Source of the DNA: the human T2T-CHM13v2.0 reference genome, Homo sapiens
DNA: 64,000 nucleotides
Assembly: GCF_009914755.1 (NCBI RefSeq)
Contig: NC_060940.1
Reading direction: 5' to 3' (one strand)
Positions 25,410 to 38,300 of this stretch are shown one piece after another. The notes under the pieces were generated by a model. That model worked only from the letters and a program-made list of their open reading frames with translations. It did no database searches and had not been told where the DNA came from. Position 1 is the stretch's first letter. The number at the start of each line of letters is the position of its first letter. A program made the position numbers and the translations under genes.

Positions 25410-28400
25410 TAGACAGAGGAATTCCCAGTAACTTCCTTGTGTTGTGTGCATTCAACTCACAGAGTTGAATGATTCTTTACACAGAGCAGATTTGAGACAC
25501 TCTTTTGGTGGAATTTGTAAGTGGAGAATTCAGCCGCTTTGAGGTCAACGGTAGAAAAGGAAATATCTTCGTATAAAAACTAGAAAGAATGATTCTCAGA
25601 AACTGTTTTGTGATGTGTGCTTTCAACTCACAGAGTTTAACCTTTCTTTTCAAAGAGCAGTTAGGAAACACTCTGTTTGTAAAGTCTGCAAGTGGATATT
25701 CAGACCTCTTTGAGGCCTTCGTTGGAAACGGGATTTCTTCATATTATGCTAGACAGATGAATTCTCAGTAACTTCCTTGTGTTGTGTGTATTCAACTCAC
25801 AGAGTTGAACGATCCTTTACACAGAGCAGATTTGAAACACTGTTTTTCTGGAATTTGCAAGTGGAGATTTCAGCCGCTTTGAGGTCAATGGTAGAAAAGG
25901 AAATATCTTCGTATAAAAACTAGACAGAATGATTCTCAGAAACTCCTTTGTGATGTGTGCGTTCAACTCACAGAGTTTAACCTTTCTTTTCACAGAGCAG
26001 TTAGGAAACACTCTGTTTGTGAAGCCTGCCAGTGGATATTCGGACCTCTTTGAGGCCTTCGTTGGAAACGGGATTTCTTCATATTATGCTATTCAGAAGA
26101 TTTCTCAGTAACTTCTTTGTGTTGTGTGTATGCAACTCACAGAGTTCAACCTTCCTTTAGACAGAGCAGATTTGAAACACTCTTTTTGTGGAATTTGCAA
26201 GTGGAGATTTCAAGCGCTTCGATGCCAATGGTAGAAAAGGAAATATCTTCGTATAAAAACAAGACAAACTCGTTCCCAGACACTGCGTAGTGATGTGTGT
26301 GTTTAACTCACAGAGTTTAACCTTTCTTTTCATACAGCATTCTGGAAACCCTGTGTTTGTAAAGTCTGCAAGTGGATATTTGGACCTCTTAGATGCCTTC
26401 GTTGGAAACGGGATTTCTTCATATAATGCTAGAGGGAAGAATTCTTAGTAACTTCTTTGTGTTGTGTGTATTCAACTGACAGAGTTGAACCTTCCTTTAG
26501 ACAGAGCAGATTTGAAAGTCTCTTTTTGTGGAATTTGCAAGTGGAGATTTCAAGCGCTTTGAGGCCAAAAGCAGAAAAGGAAATATTTTCCTATAAAAAC
26601 TCGACAGAATCTTTCTCAGAAACTGCTCTGGGATGTGTGCGTTCAACTCACAGAGTTTAACTTTTCTTTTCATTCAGCAGTTTGGAAACACTCTGTTTGG
26701 AAAGTCTGCACGTGGATATTTTGACCTCTTTGAGGCCTTCGTTGGAAACGGGTTTTTTTCATGTAAGGCTAGACAGAAGAAATCTCAGTAACTTCCTTGT
26801 GTTGTGTGTATTCAACTGACAGAGTTGAACCTTCCTTTAGACAGAGCAGATTCGAAACACTCTTTTTCTGCAATTTGCAAGTGGAGACTTCAAGCGCTTT
26901 GAGGCCAAAGGCAGAAAAGGAAATATCTTCGTATAAAAACCCGACAGAATCATTCTCAGAAACTGCTCTGTGATGTGTGCGTTCAACTCACAGAGTTTAA
27001 CTTTTCTTTTCATTCAGCAGTTTGGAAACACTCTGTTTGTAAAGTCTGCAAGTGGATATCTTGGCCTCTTAGAGGCCTTCGTTGGAAACGGGTTTTTTCA
27101 TGTAAGGATAGACAGAGGAATTCCCAGTAACTTCCTTGTGTTGTGTGCATTCAACTCACAGAGTTGAATGATTCTTTACACAGAGCAGATTTGAGACACT
27201 CTTTTGGTGGAATTTGAAAGTGGAGAATTCAGCCGCTTTGAGGTCAACGGTAGAAAAGGAAATATCTTCGTATAAAAACTAGACAGAATGATTCTCAGAA
27301 ACTGTTTTGTGATGTGTGCGTTCAACTCACAGAGTTTAACCTTTCTTTTCAAAGAGCAGTTAGGAAACACTCTGTTTGTAAAGTCTGCAAGTGGATATTC
27401 AGACCTCTTTGAGGCCTTCGTTGGAAACGGGATTTCTTCATATTATGCTAGACAGATGAATTCTCAGTAACTTCCTTGTGTTGTGTGTATTCAACTCACA
27501 GAGTTGAACGATCCTTTACACAGAGCAGATTTGAAACACTGTTTTTCTGGAATTTGCAAGTGGAGATTTCAGCCGCTTTGAGGTCAATGGTAGAAAAGGA
27601 AATATCTTCGTATAAAAACTAGACAGAATGATTCTCAGAAACTCCTTTGTGATGTGTGCGTTCAACTCACAGAGTTTAACCTTTCTTTTCACAGAGCAGT
27701 TAGGAAACACTCTGTTTGTGAAGCCTGCCAGTGGATATTCGGACCTCTTTGAGGCCTTCGTTGGAAACGGGATTTCTTCATATTATGCTAGACAGAAGAT
27801 TTCTCAGTAACTTCTTTGTGTTGTGTGTATGCAACTCACAGAGTTCAACCTTCCTTTAGACAGAGCAGATTTGAAACACTCTTTTTGTGGAATTTGCAAG
27901 TGGAGATTTCAAGCGCTTCGATGCCAATGGTAGAAAAGGAAATATCTTCGTAGAAAAACAAGACAAACTCGTTCCCAGACACTGCGTAGTGATGTGTGTG
28001 TTTAACTCACAGAGTTTAACCTTTCTTTTCATACAGCATTCTGGAAACCCTCTGTTTGTAAAGTCTGCAAGTGGATATTTGGACCTCTTAGATGCCTTCG
28101 TTGGAAACGGGATTTCTTCATATAATGCTAGAGGGAAGAATTCTTAGTAACTTCTTTGTGTTGTGTGTATTCAACTGACAGAGTTGAACCTTCCTTTAGA
28201 CAGAGCAGATTTGAAAGTCTCTTTTTGTGGAATTTGCAAGTGGAGATTTCAAGCGCTTTGAGGCCAAAAGCAGAAAAGGAAATATTTTCCTATAAAAACT
28301 AGACAGAATCTTTCTCAGAAACTGCTCTGGGATGTGTGCGTTCAACTCACAGAGTTTAACTTTTCTTTTCATTCAGCAGTTTGGAAACACTCTGTTTGGA

Positions 28401-31400
28401 AAGTCTGCACGTGGATATTTTGACCTCTTTGAGGCCTTCGTTGGAAACGGGTTTTTTTCATGTAAGGCTAGACAGAAGAAATCTCAGTAACTTCCTTGTG
28501 TTGTGTGTATTCAACTGACAGAGTTGAACCTTCCTTTAGACAGAGCAGATTCGAAACACTCTTTTTCTGCAATTTGCAAGTGGAGACTTCAAGCGCTTTG
28601 AGGCCAAAGGCAGAAAAGGAAATATCTTCGTATAAAAACCCGACAGAATCATTCTCAGAAACTGCTCTGTGATGTGTGCGTTCAACTCACAGAGTTTAAC
28701 TTTTCTTTTCATTCAGCAGTTTGGAAACACTCTGTTTGTAAAGTCTGCAAGTGGATATCTTGGCCTCTTAGAGGCCTTCGTTGGAAACGGGTTTTTTCAT
28801 GTAAGGTTAGACAGAGGAATTCCCAGTAACTTCCTTGTGTTGTGTGCATTCAACTCACAGAGTTGAATGATTCTTTACACAGAGCAGATTTGAGACACTC
28901 TTTTGGTGGAATTTGTAAGTGGAGAATTCAGCCGCTTTGAGGTCAACGGTAGAAAAGGAAATATCTTCGTATAAAAACTAGAAAGAATGATTCTCAGAAA
29001 CTGTTTTGTGATGTGTGCTTTCAACTCACAGAGTTTAACCTTTCTTTTCAAAGAGCAGTTAGGAAACACTCTGTTTGTAAAGTCTGCAAGTGGATATTCA
29101 GACCTCTTTGAGGCCTTCGTTGGAAACGGGATTTCTTCATATTATGCTAGACAGATGAATTCTCAGTAACTTCCTTGTGTTGTGTGTATTCAACTCACAG
29201 AGTTGAACGATCCTTTACACAGAGCAGATTTGAAACACTGTTTTTCTGGAATTTGCAAGTGGAGATTTCAGCCGCTTTGAGGTCAATGGTAGAAAAGGAA
29301 ATATCTTCGTATAAAAACTAGACAGAATGATTCTCAGAAACTCCTTTGTGATGTGTGCGTTCAACTCACAGAGTTTAACCTTTCTTTTCACAGAGCAGTT
29401 AGGAAACACTCTGTTTGTGAAGCCTGCCAGTGGATATTCGGACCTCTTTGAGGCCTTCGTTGGAAACGGGATTTCTTCATATTATGCTATTCAGAAGATT
29501 TCTCAGTAACTTCTTTGTGTTGTGTGTATGCAACTCACAGAGTTCAACCTTCCTTTAGACAGAGCAGATTTGAAACACTCTTTTTGTGGAATTTGCAAGT
29601 GGAGATTTCAAGCGCTTCGATGCCAATGGTAGAAAAGGAAATATCTTCGTATAAAAACAAGACAAACTCGTTCCCAGACACTGCGTAGTGATGTGTGTGT
29701 TTAACTCACAGAGTTTAACCTTTCTTTTCATACAGCATTCTGGAAACCCTGTGTTTGTAAAGTCTGCAAGTGGATATTTGGACCTCTTAGATGCCTTCGT
29801 TGGAAACGGGATTTCTTCATATAATGCTAGAGGGAAGAATTCTTAGTAACTTCTTTGTGTTGTGTGTATTCAACTGACAGAGTTGAACCTTCCTTTAGAC
29901 AGAGCAGATTTGAAAGTCTCTTTTTGTGGAATTTGCAAGTGGAGATTTCAAGCGCTTTGAGGCCAAAAGCAGAAAAGGAAATATTTTCCTATAAAAACTC
30001 GACAGAATCTTTCTCAGAAACTGCTCTGGGATGTGTGCGTTCAACTCACAGAGTTTAACTTTTCTTTTCATTCAGCAGTTTGGAAACACTCTGTTTGGAA
30101 AGTCTGCACGTGGATATTTTGACCTCTTTGAGGCCTTCGTTGGAAACGGGTTTTTTTCATGTAAGGCTAGACAGAAGAAATCTCAGTAACTTCCTTGTGT
30201 TGTGTGTATTCAACTGACAGAGTTGAACCTTCCTTTAGACAGAGCAGATTCGAAACACTCTTTTTCTGCAATTTGCAAGTGGAGACTTCAAGCGCTTTGA
30301 GGCCAAAGGCAGAAAAGGAAATATCTTCGTATAAAAACCCGACAGAATCATTCTCAGAAACTGCTCTGTGATGTGTGCGTTCAACTCACAGAGTTTAACT
30401 TTTCTTTTCATTCAGCAGTTTGGAAACACTCTGTTTGTAAAGTCTGCAAGTGGATATCTTGGCCTCTTAGAGGCCTTCGTTGGAAACGGGTTTTTTCATG
30501 TAAGGATAGACAGAGGAATTCCCAGTAACTTCCTTGTGTTGTGTGCATTCAACTCACAGAGTTGAATGATTCTTTACACAGAGCAGATTTGAGACACTCT
30601 TTTGGTGGAATTTGAAAGTGGAGAATTCAGCCGCTTTGAGGTCAACGGTAGAAAAGGAAATATCTTCGTATAAAAACTAGACAGAATGATTCTCAGAAAC
30701 TGTTTTGTGATGTGTGCGTTCAACTCACAGAGTTTAACCTTTCTTTTCAAAGAGCAGTTAGGAAACACTCTGTTTGTAAAGTCTGCAAGTGGATATTCAG
30801 ACCTCTTTGAGGCCTTCGTTGGAAACGGGATTTCTTCATATTATGCTAGACAGATGAATTCTCAGTAACTTCCTTGTGTTGTGTGTATTCAACTCACAGA
30901 GTTGAACGATCCTTTACACAGAGCAGATTTGAAACACTGTTTTTCTGGAATTTGCAAGTGGAGATTTCAGCCGCTTTGAGGTCAATGGTAGAAAAGGAAA
31001 TATCTTCGTATAAAAACTAGACAGAATGATTCTCAGAAACTCCTTTGTGATGTGTGCGTTCAACTCACAGAGTTTAACCTTTCTTTTCACAGAGCAGTTA
31101 GGAAACACTCTGTTTGTGAAGCCTGCCAGTGGATATTCGGACCTCTTTGAGGCCTTCGTTGGAAACGGGATTTCTTCATATTATGCTAGACAGAAGATTT
31201 CTCAGTAACTTCTTTGTGTTGTGTGTATGCAACTCACAGAGTTCAACCTTCCTTTAGACAGAGCAGATTTGAAACACTCTTTTTGTGGAATTTGCAAGTG
31301 GAGATTTCAAGCGCTTCGATGCCAATGGTAGAAAAGGAAATATCTTCGTAGAAAAACAAGACAAACTCGTTCCCAGACACTGCGTAGTGATGTGTGTGTT

Positions 31401-32380
31401 TAACTCACAGAGTTTAACCTTTCTTTTCATACAGCATTCTGGAAACCCTCTGTTTGTAAAGTCTGCAAGTGGATATTTGGACCTCTTAGATGCCTTCGTT
31501 GGAAACGGGATTTCTTCATATAATGCTAGAGGGAAGAATTCTTAGTAACTTCTTTGTGTTGTGTGTATTCAACTGACAGAGTTGAACCTTCCTTTAGACA
31601 GAGCAGATTTGAAAGTCTCTTTTTGTGGAATTTGCAAGTGGAGATTTCAAGCGCTTTGAGGCCAAAAGCAGAAAAGGAAATATTTTCCTATAAAAACTAG
31701 ACAGAATCTTTCTCAGAAACTGCTCTGGGATGTGTGCGTTCAACTCACAGAGTTTAACTTTTCTTTTCATTCAGCAGTTTGGAAACACTCTGTTTGGAAA
31801 GTCTGCACGTGGATATTTTGACCTCTTTGAGGCCTTCGTTGGAAACGGGTTTTTTTCATGTAAGGCTAGACAGAAGAAATCTCAGTAACTTCCTTGTGTT
31901 GTGTGTATTCAACTGACAGAGTTGAACCTTCCTTTAGACAGAGCAGATTCGAAACACTCTTTTTCTGCAATTTGCAAGTGGAGACTTCAAGCGCTTTGAG
32001 GCCAAAGGCAGAAAAGGAAATATCTTCGTATAAAAACCCGACAGAATCATTCTCAGAAACTGCTCTGTGATGTGTGCGTTCAACTCACAGAGTTTAACTT
32101 TTCTTTTCATTCAGCAGTTTGGAAACACTCTGTTTGTAAAGTCTGCAAGTGGATATCTTGGCCTCTTAGAGGCCTTCGTTGGAAACGGGTTTTTTCATGT
32201 AAGGTTAGACAGAGGAATTCCCAGTAACTTCCTTGTGTTGTGTGCATTCAACTCACAGAGTTGAATGATTCTTTACACAGAGCAGATTTGAGACACTCTT
32301 TTGGTGGAATTTGTAAGTGGAGAATTCAGCCGCTTTGAGGTCAACGGTAGAAAAGGAAATATCTTCGTATAAAAACTAGA
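25410..32380 (+). repeat. Tandem duplication of a 2-HOR unit (3398-bp period)
   Basis: Paired SNVs 3398 bp apart: CTAGAAAGAAT (25585/28983), GTGCTTTC, GCTATTCAG, AATTTGAAAG, CTTCGTAGAAAAACAAG. Confidence 0.88.
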
Positions 32381-35300
32381 CAGAATGATTCTCAGAAACT
32401 GTTTTGTGATGTGTGCGTTCAACTCACAGAGTTTAACCTTTCTTTTCAAAGAGCAGTTAGGAAACACTCTGTTTGTAAAGTCTGCAAGTGGATATTCATA
32501 CCTCTTTGAGGCCTTCGTTGGAAACGGGATTTCTTCATATTATGCTAGACAGATGAATTCTCAGTAACTTCCTTGTGTTGTGTGTATTCAACTCACAGAG
32601 TTGAACGATCCTTTACACAGAGCAGATTTGAAACACTGTTTTTCTGGAATTTGCAAGTGGAGATTTCAGCCGCTTTGAGGTCAATGGTAGAAAAGGAAAT
32701 ATCTTCGTATAAAAACTAGACAGAATGATTCTCAGAAACTCCTTTGTGATGTGTGCGTTCAACTCACAGAGTTTAACCTTTCTTTTCACAGAGCAGTTAG
32801 GAAACACTCTGTTTGTGAAGCCTGCCAGTGGATATTCGGACCTCTTTGAGGCCTTCGTTGGAAACGGGATTTCTTCATATTATGCTAGACAGAAGATTTC
32901 TCAGTAACTTCTTTGTGTTGTGTGTATGCAACTCACAGAGTTCAACCTTCCTTTAGACAGAGCAGATTTGAAACACTCTTTTTGTGGAATTTGCAAGTGG
33001 AGATTTCAAGCGCTTCGATGCCAATGGTAGAAAAGGAAATATCTTCGTATAAAAACAAGACAAACTCGTTCCCAGACACTGCGTAGTGATGTGTGTGTTT
33101 AACTCACAGAGTTTAACCTTTCTTTTCATACAGCATTCTGGAAACCCTGTGTTTGTAAAGTCTGCAAGTGGATATTTGGACCTCTTAGATGCCTTCGTTG
33201 GAAACGGGATTTCTTCATATAATGCTAGAGGGAAGAATTCTTAGTAACTTCTTTGTGTTGTGTGTATTCAACTGACAGAGTTGAACCTTCCTTTAGACAG
33301 AGCAGATTTGAAAGTCTCTTTTTGTGGAATTTGCAAGTGGAGATTTCAAGCGCTTTGAGGCCAAAAGCAGAAAAGGAAATATTTTCCTATAAAAACTCGA
33401 CAGAATCTTTCTCAGAAACTGCTCTGGGATGTGTGCGTTCAACTCACAGAGTTTAACTTTTCTTTTCATTCAGCAGTTTGGAAACACTCTGTTTGGAAAG
33501 TCTGCACGTGGATATTTTGACCTCTTTGAGGCCTTCGTTGGAAACGGGTTTTTTTCATGTAAGGCTAGACAGAAGAAATCTCAGTAACTTCCTTGTGTTG
33601 TGTGTATTCAACTGACAGAGTTGAACCTTCCTTTAGACAGAGCAGATTCGAAACACTCTTTTTCTGCAATTTGCAAGTGGAGACTTCAAGCGCTTTGAGG
33701 CCAAAGGCAGAAAAGGAAATATCTTCGTATAAAAACCCGACAGAATCATTCTCAGAAACTGCTCTGTGATGTGTGCGTTCAACTCACAGAGTTTAACTTT
33801 TCTTTTCATTCAGCAGTTTGGAAACACTCTGTTTGTAAAGTCTGCAAGTGGATATCTTGGCCTCTTAGAGGCCTTCGTTGGAAACGGGTTTTTTCATTTA
33901 AGGTTAGACAGAGGAATTCCCAGTAACTTCCTTGTGTTGTGTGCATTCAACTCACAGAGTTGAATGATTCTTTACACAGAGCAGATTTGAGACACTCTTT
34001 TGGTGGAATTTGTAAGTGGAGAATTCAGCCGCTTTGAGGTCAACGGTAGAAAAGGAAATATCTTCGTATAAAAACTAGACAGAATGATTCTCAGAAACTG
34101 TTTTGTGATGTGTGCTTTCAACTCACAGAGTTTAACCTTTCTTTTCAAAGAGCAGTTAGGAAACACTCTGTTTGTAAAGTCTGCAAGTGGATATTCAGAC
34201 CTCTTTGAGGCCTTCGTTGGAAACGGGATTTCTTCATATTATGCTAGACAGATGAATTCTCAGTAACTTCCTTGTGTTGTGTGTATTCAACTCACAGAGT
34301 TGAACGATCCTTTACACAGAGCAGATTTGAAACACTGTTTTTCTGGAATTTGCAAGTGGAGATTTCAGCCGCTTTGAGGTCAATGGTAGAAAAGGAAATA
34401 TCTTCGTATAAAAACTAGACAGAATGATTCTCAGAAACTCCTTTGTGATGTGTGCGTTCAACTCACAGAGTTTAACCTTTCTTTTCACAGAGCAGTTAGG
34501 AAACACTCTGTTTGTGAAGCCTGCCAGTGGATATTCAGACCTCTTTGAGGCCTTCGTTGGAAACGGGATTTCTTCATATTATGCTAGACAGAAGATTTCT
34601 CAGTAACTTCTTTGTGTTGTGTGTATGCAACTCACAGAGTTCAACCTTCCTTTAGACAGAGCAGATTTGAAACACTCTTTTTGTGGAATTTGCAAGTGGA
34701 GATTTCAAGCGCTTCGATGCCAATGGTAGAAAAGGAAATATCTTCGTATAAAAACAAGACAAACTCGTTCCCAGACACTGCGTAGTGATGTGTGTGTTTA
34801 ACTCACAGAGTTTAACCTTTCTTTTCATACAGCATTCTGGAAACCCTGTGTTTGTAAAGTCTGCAAGTGGATATTTGGACCTCTTAGATGCCTTCGTTGG
34901 AAACGGGATTTCTTCATATAATGCTAGAGGGAAGAATTCTTAGTAACTTCTTTGTGTTGTGTGTATTCAACTGACAGAGTTGAACCTTCCTTTAGACAGA
35001 GCAGATTTGAAAGTCTCTTTTTGTGGAATTTGCAAGTGGAGATTTCAAGCGCTTTGAGGCCAAAAGCAGAAAAGGAAATATTTTCCTATAAAAACTCGAC
35101 AGAATCTTTCTCAGAAACTGCTCTGGGATGTGTGCGTTCAACTCACAGAGTTTAACTTTTCTTTTCATTCAGCAGTTTGGAAACACTCTGTTTGGAAAGT
35201 CTGCACGTGGATATTTTGACCTCTTTGAGGCCTTCGTTGGAAACGGGTTTTTTTCATGTAAGGCTAGACAGAAGAAATCTCAGTAACTTCCTTGTGTTGT

Positions 35301-38300
35301 GTGTATTCAACTGACAGAGTTGAACCTTCCTTTAGACAGAGCAGATTCGAAACACTCTTTTTCTGCAATTTGCAAGTGGAGACTTCAAGCGCTTTGAGGC
35401 CAAAGGCAGAAAAGGAAATATCTTCGTATAAAAACCCGACAGAATCATTCTCAGAAACTGCTCTGTGATGTGTGCGTTCAACTCACAGAGTTTAACTTTT
35501 CTTTTCATTCAGCAGTTTGGAAACACTCTGTTTGTAAAGTCTGCAAGTGGATATCTTGGCCTCTTAGAGGCCTTCGTTGGAAGCGGGTTTTTTCATGTAA
35601 GGATAGACAGAGGAATTCCCAGTAACTTCCTTGTGTTGTATGCATTCAACTCACAGAGTTGAATGATTCTTTACACAGAGCAGATTTGAGACACTCTTTT
35701 GGTGGAATTTGTAAGTGGAGAATTCAGCCGCTTTGAGGTCAACGGTAGAAAAGGAAATATCTTCGTATAAAAACTAGAAAGAATGATTCTCAGAAACTGT
35801 TTTGTGATGTGTGCTTTCAACTCACAGAGTTTAACCTTTCTTTTCAAAGAGCAGTTAGGAAACACTCTGTTTGTAAAGTCTGCAAGTGGATATTCAGACC
35901 TCTTTGAGGCCTTCGTTGGAAACGGGATTTCTTCATATTATGCTAGACAGATGAATTCTCAGTAACTTCCTTGTGTTGTGTGTATTCAACTCACAGAGTT
36001 GAACGATCCTTTACACAGAGCAGATTTGAAACACTGTTTTTCTGGAATTTGCAAGTGGAGATTTCAGCCGCTTTGAGGTCAATGGTAGAAAAGGAAATAT
36101 CTTCGTATAAAAACTAGACAGAATGATTCTCAGAAACTCCTTTGTGATGTGTGCGTTCAACTCACAGAGTTTAACCTTTCTTTTCACAGAGCAGTTAGGA
36201 AACACTCTGTTTGTGAAGCCTGCCAGTGGATATTCGGACCTCTTTGAGGCCTTCGTTGGAAACGGGATTTCTTCATATTATGCTATTCAGAAGATTTCTC
36301 AGTAACTTCTTTGTGTTGTGTGTATGCAACTCACAGAGTTCAACCTTCCTTTAGACAGAGCAGATTTGAAACACTCTTTTTGTGGAATTTGCAAGTGGAG
36401 ATTTCAAGCGCTTCGATGCCAATGGTAGAAAAGGAAATATCTTCGTATAAAAACAAGACAAACTCGTTCCCAGACACTGCGTAGTGATGTGTGTGTTTAA
36501 CTCACAGAGTTTAACCTTTCTTTTCATACAGCATTCTGGAAACCCTGTGTTTGTAAAGTCTGCAAGTGGATATTTGGACCTCTTAGATGCCTTCGTTGGA
36601 AACGGGATTTCTTCATATAATGCTAGAGGGAAGAATTCTTAGTAACTTCTTTGTGTTGTGTGTATTCAACTGACAGAGTTGAACCTTCCTTTAGACAGAG
36701 CAGATTTGAAAGTCTCTTTTTGTGGAATTTGCAAGTGGAGATTTCAAGCGCTTTGAGGCCAAAAGCAGAAAAGGAAATATTTTCCTATAAAAACTCGACA
36801 GAATCTTTCTCAGAAACTGCTCTGGGATGTGTGCGTTCAACTCACAGAGTTTAACTTTTCTTTTCATTCAGCAGTTTGGAAACACTCTGTTTGGAAAGTC
36901 TGCACGTGGATATTTTGACCTCTTTGAGGCCTTCGTTGGAAACGGGTTTTTTTCATGTAAGGCTAGACAGAAGAAATCTCAGTAACTTCCTTGTGTTGTG
37001 TGTATTCAACTGACAGAGTTGAACCTTCCTTTAGACAGAGCAGATTCGAAACACTCTTTTTCTGCAATTTGCAAGTGGAGACTTCAAGCGCTTTGAGGCC
37101 AAAGGCAGAAAAGGAAATATCTTCGTATAAAAACCCGACAGAATCATTCTCAGAAACTGCTCTGTGATGTGTGCGTTCAACTCACAGAGTTTAACTTTTC
37201 TTTTCATTCAGCAGTTTGGAAACACTCTGTTTGTAAAGTCTGCAAGTGGATATCTTGGCCTCTTAGAGGCCTTCGTTGGAAACGGGTTTTTTCATGTAAG
37301 GATAGACAGAGGAATTCCCAGTAACTTCCTTGTGTTGTGTGCATTCAACTCACAGAGTTGAATGATTCTTTACACAGAGCAGATTTGAGACACTCTTTTG
37401 GTGGAATTTGAAAGTGGAGAATTCAGCCGCTTTGAGGTCAACGGTAGAAAAGGAAATATCTTCGTATAAAAACTAGACAGAATGATTCTCAGAAACTGTT
37501 TTGTGATGTGTGCGTTCAACTCACAGAGTTTAACCTTTCTTTTCAAAGAGCAGTTAGGAAACACTCTGTTTGTAAAGTCTGCAAGTGGATATTCAGACCT
37601 CTTTGAGGCCTTCGTTGGAAACGGGATTTCTTCATATTATGCTAGACAGATGAATTCTCAGTAACTTCCTTGTGTTGTGTGTATTCAACTCACAGAGTTG
37701 AACGATCCTTTACACAGAGCAGATTTGAAACACTGTTTTTCTGGAATTTGCAAGTGGAGATTTCAGCCGCTTTGAGGTCAATGGTAGAAAAGGAAATATC
37801 TTCGTATAAAAACTAGACAGAATGATTCTCAGAAACTCCTTTGTGATGTGTGCGTTCAACTCACAGAGTTTAACCTTTCTTTTCACAGAGCAGTTAGGAA
37901 ACACTCTGTTTGTGAAGCCTGCCAGTGGATATTCGGACCTCTTTGAGGCCTTCGTTGGAAACGGGATTTCTTCATATTATGCTAGACAGAAGATTTCTCA
38001 GTAACTTCTTTGTGTTGTGTGTATGCAACTCACAGAGTTCAACCTTCCTTTAGACAGAGCAGATTTGAAACACTCTTTTTGTGGAATTTGCAAGTGGAGA
38101 TTTCAAGCGCTTCGATGCCAATGGTAGAAAAGGAAATATCTTCGTATAAAAACAAGACAAACTCGTTCCCAGACACTGCGTAGTGATGTGTGTGTTTAAC
38201 TCACAGAGTTTAACCTTTCTTTTCATACAGCATTCTGGAAACCCTCTGTTTGTAAAGTCTGCAAGTGGATATTTGGACCTCTTAGATGCCTTCGTTGGAA

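Noticed and set aside
27887-28147. Longest ORF, 86 aa (MEFASGDF...), present in only some copies
   Set aside because: It exists only because the TAA>GAA SNV removes a stop codon; there is no evidence of coding function.
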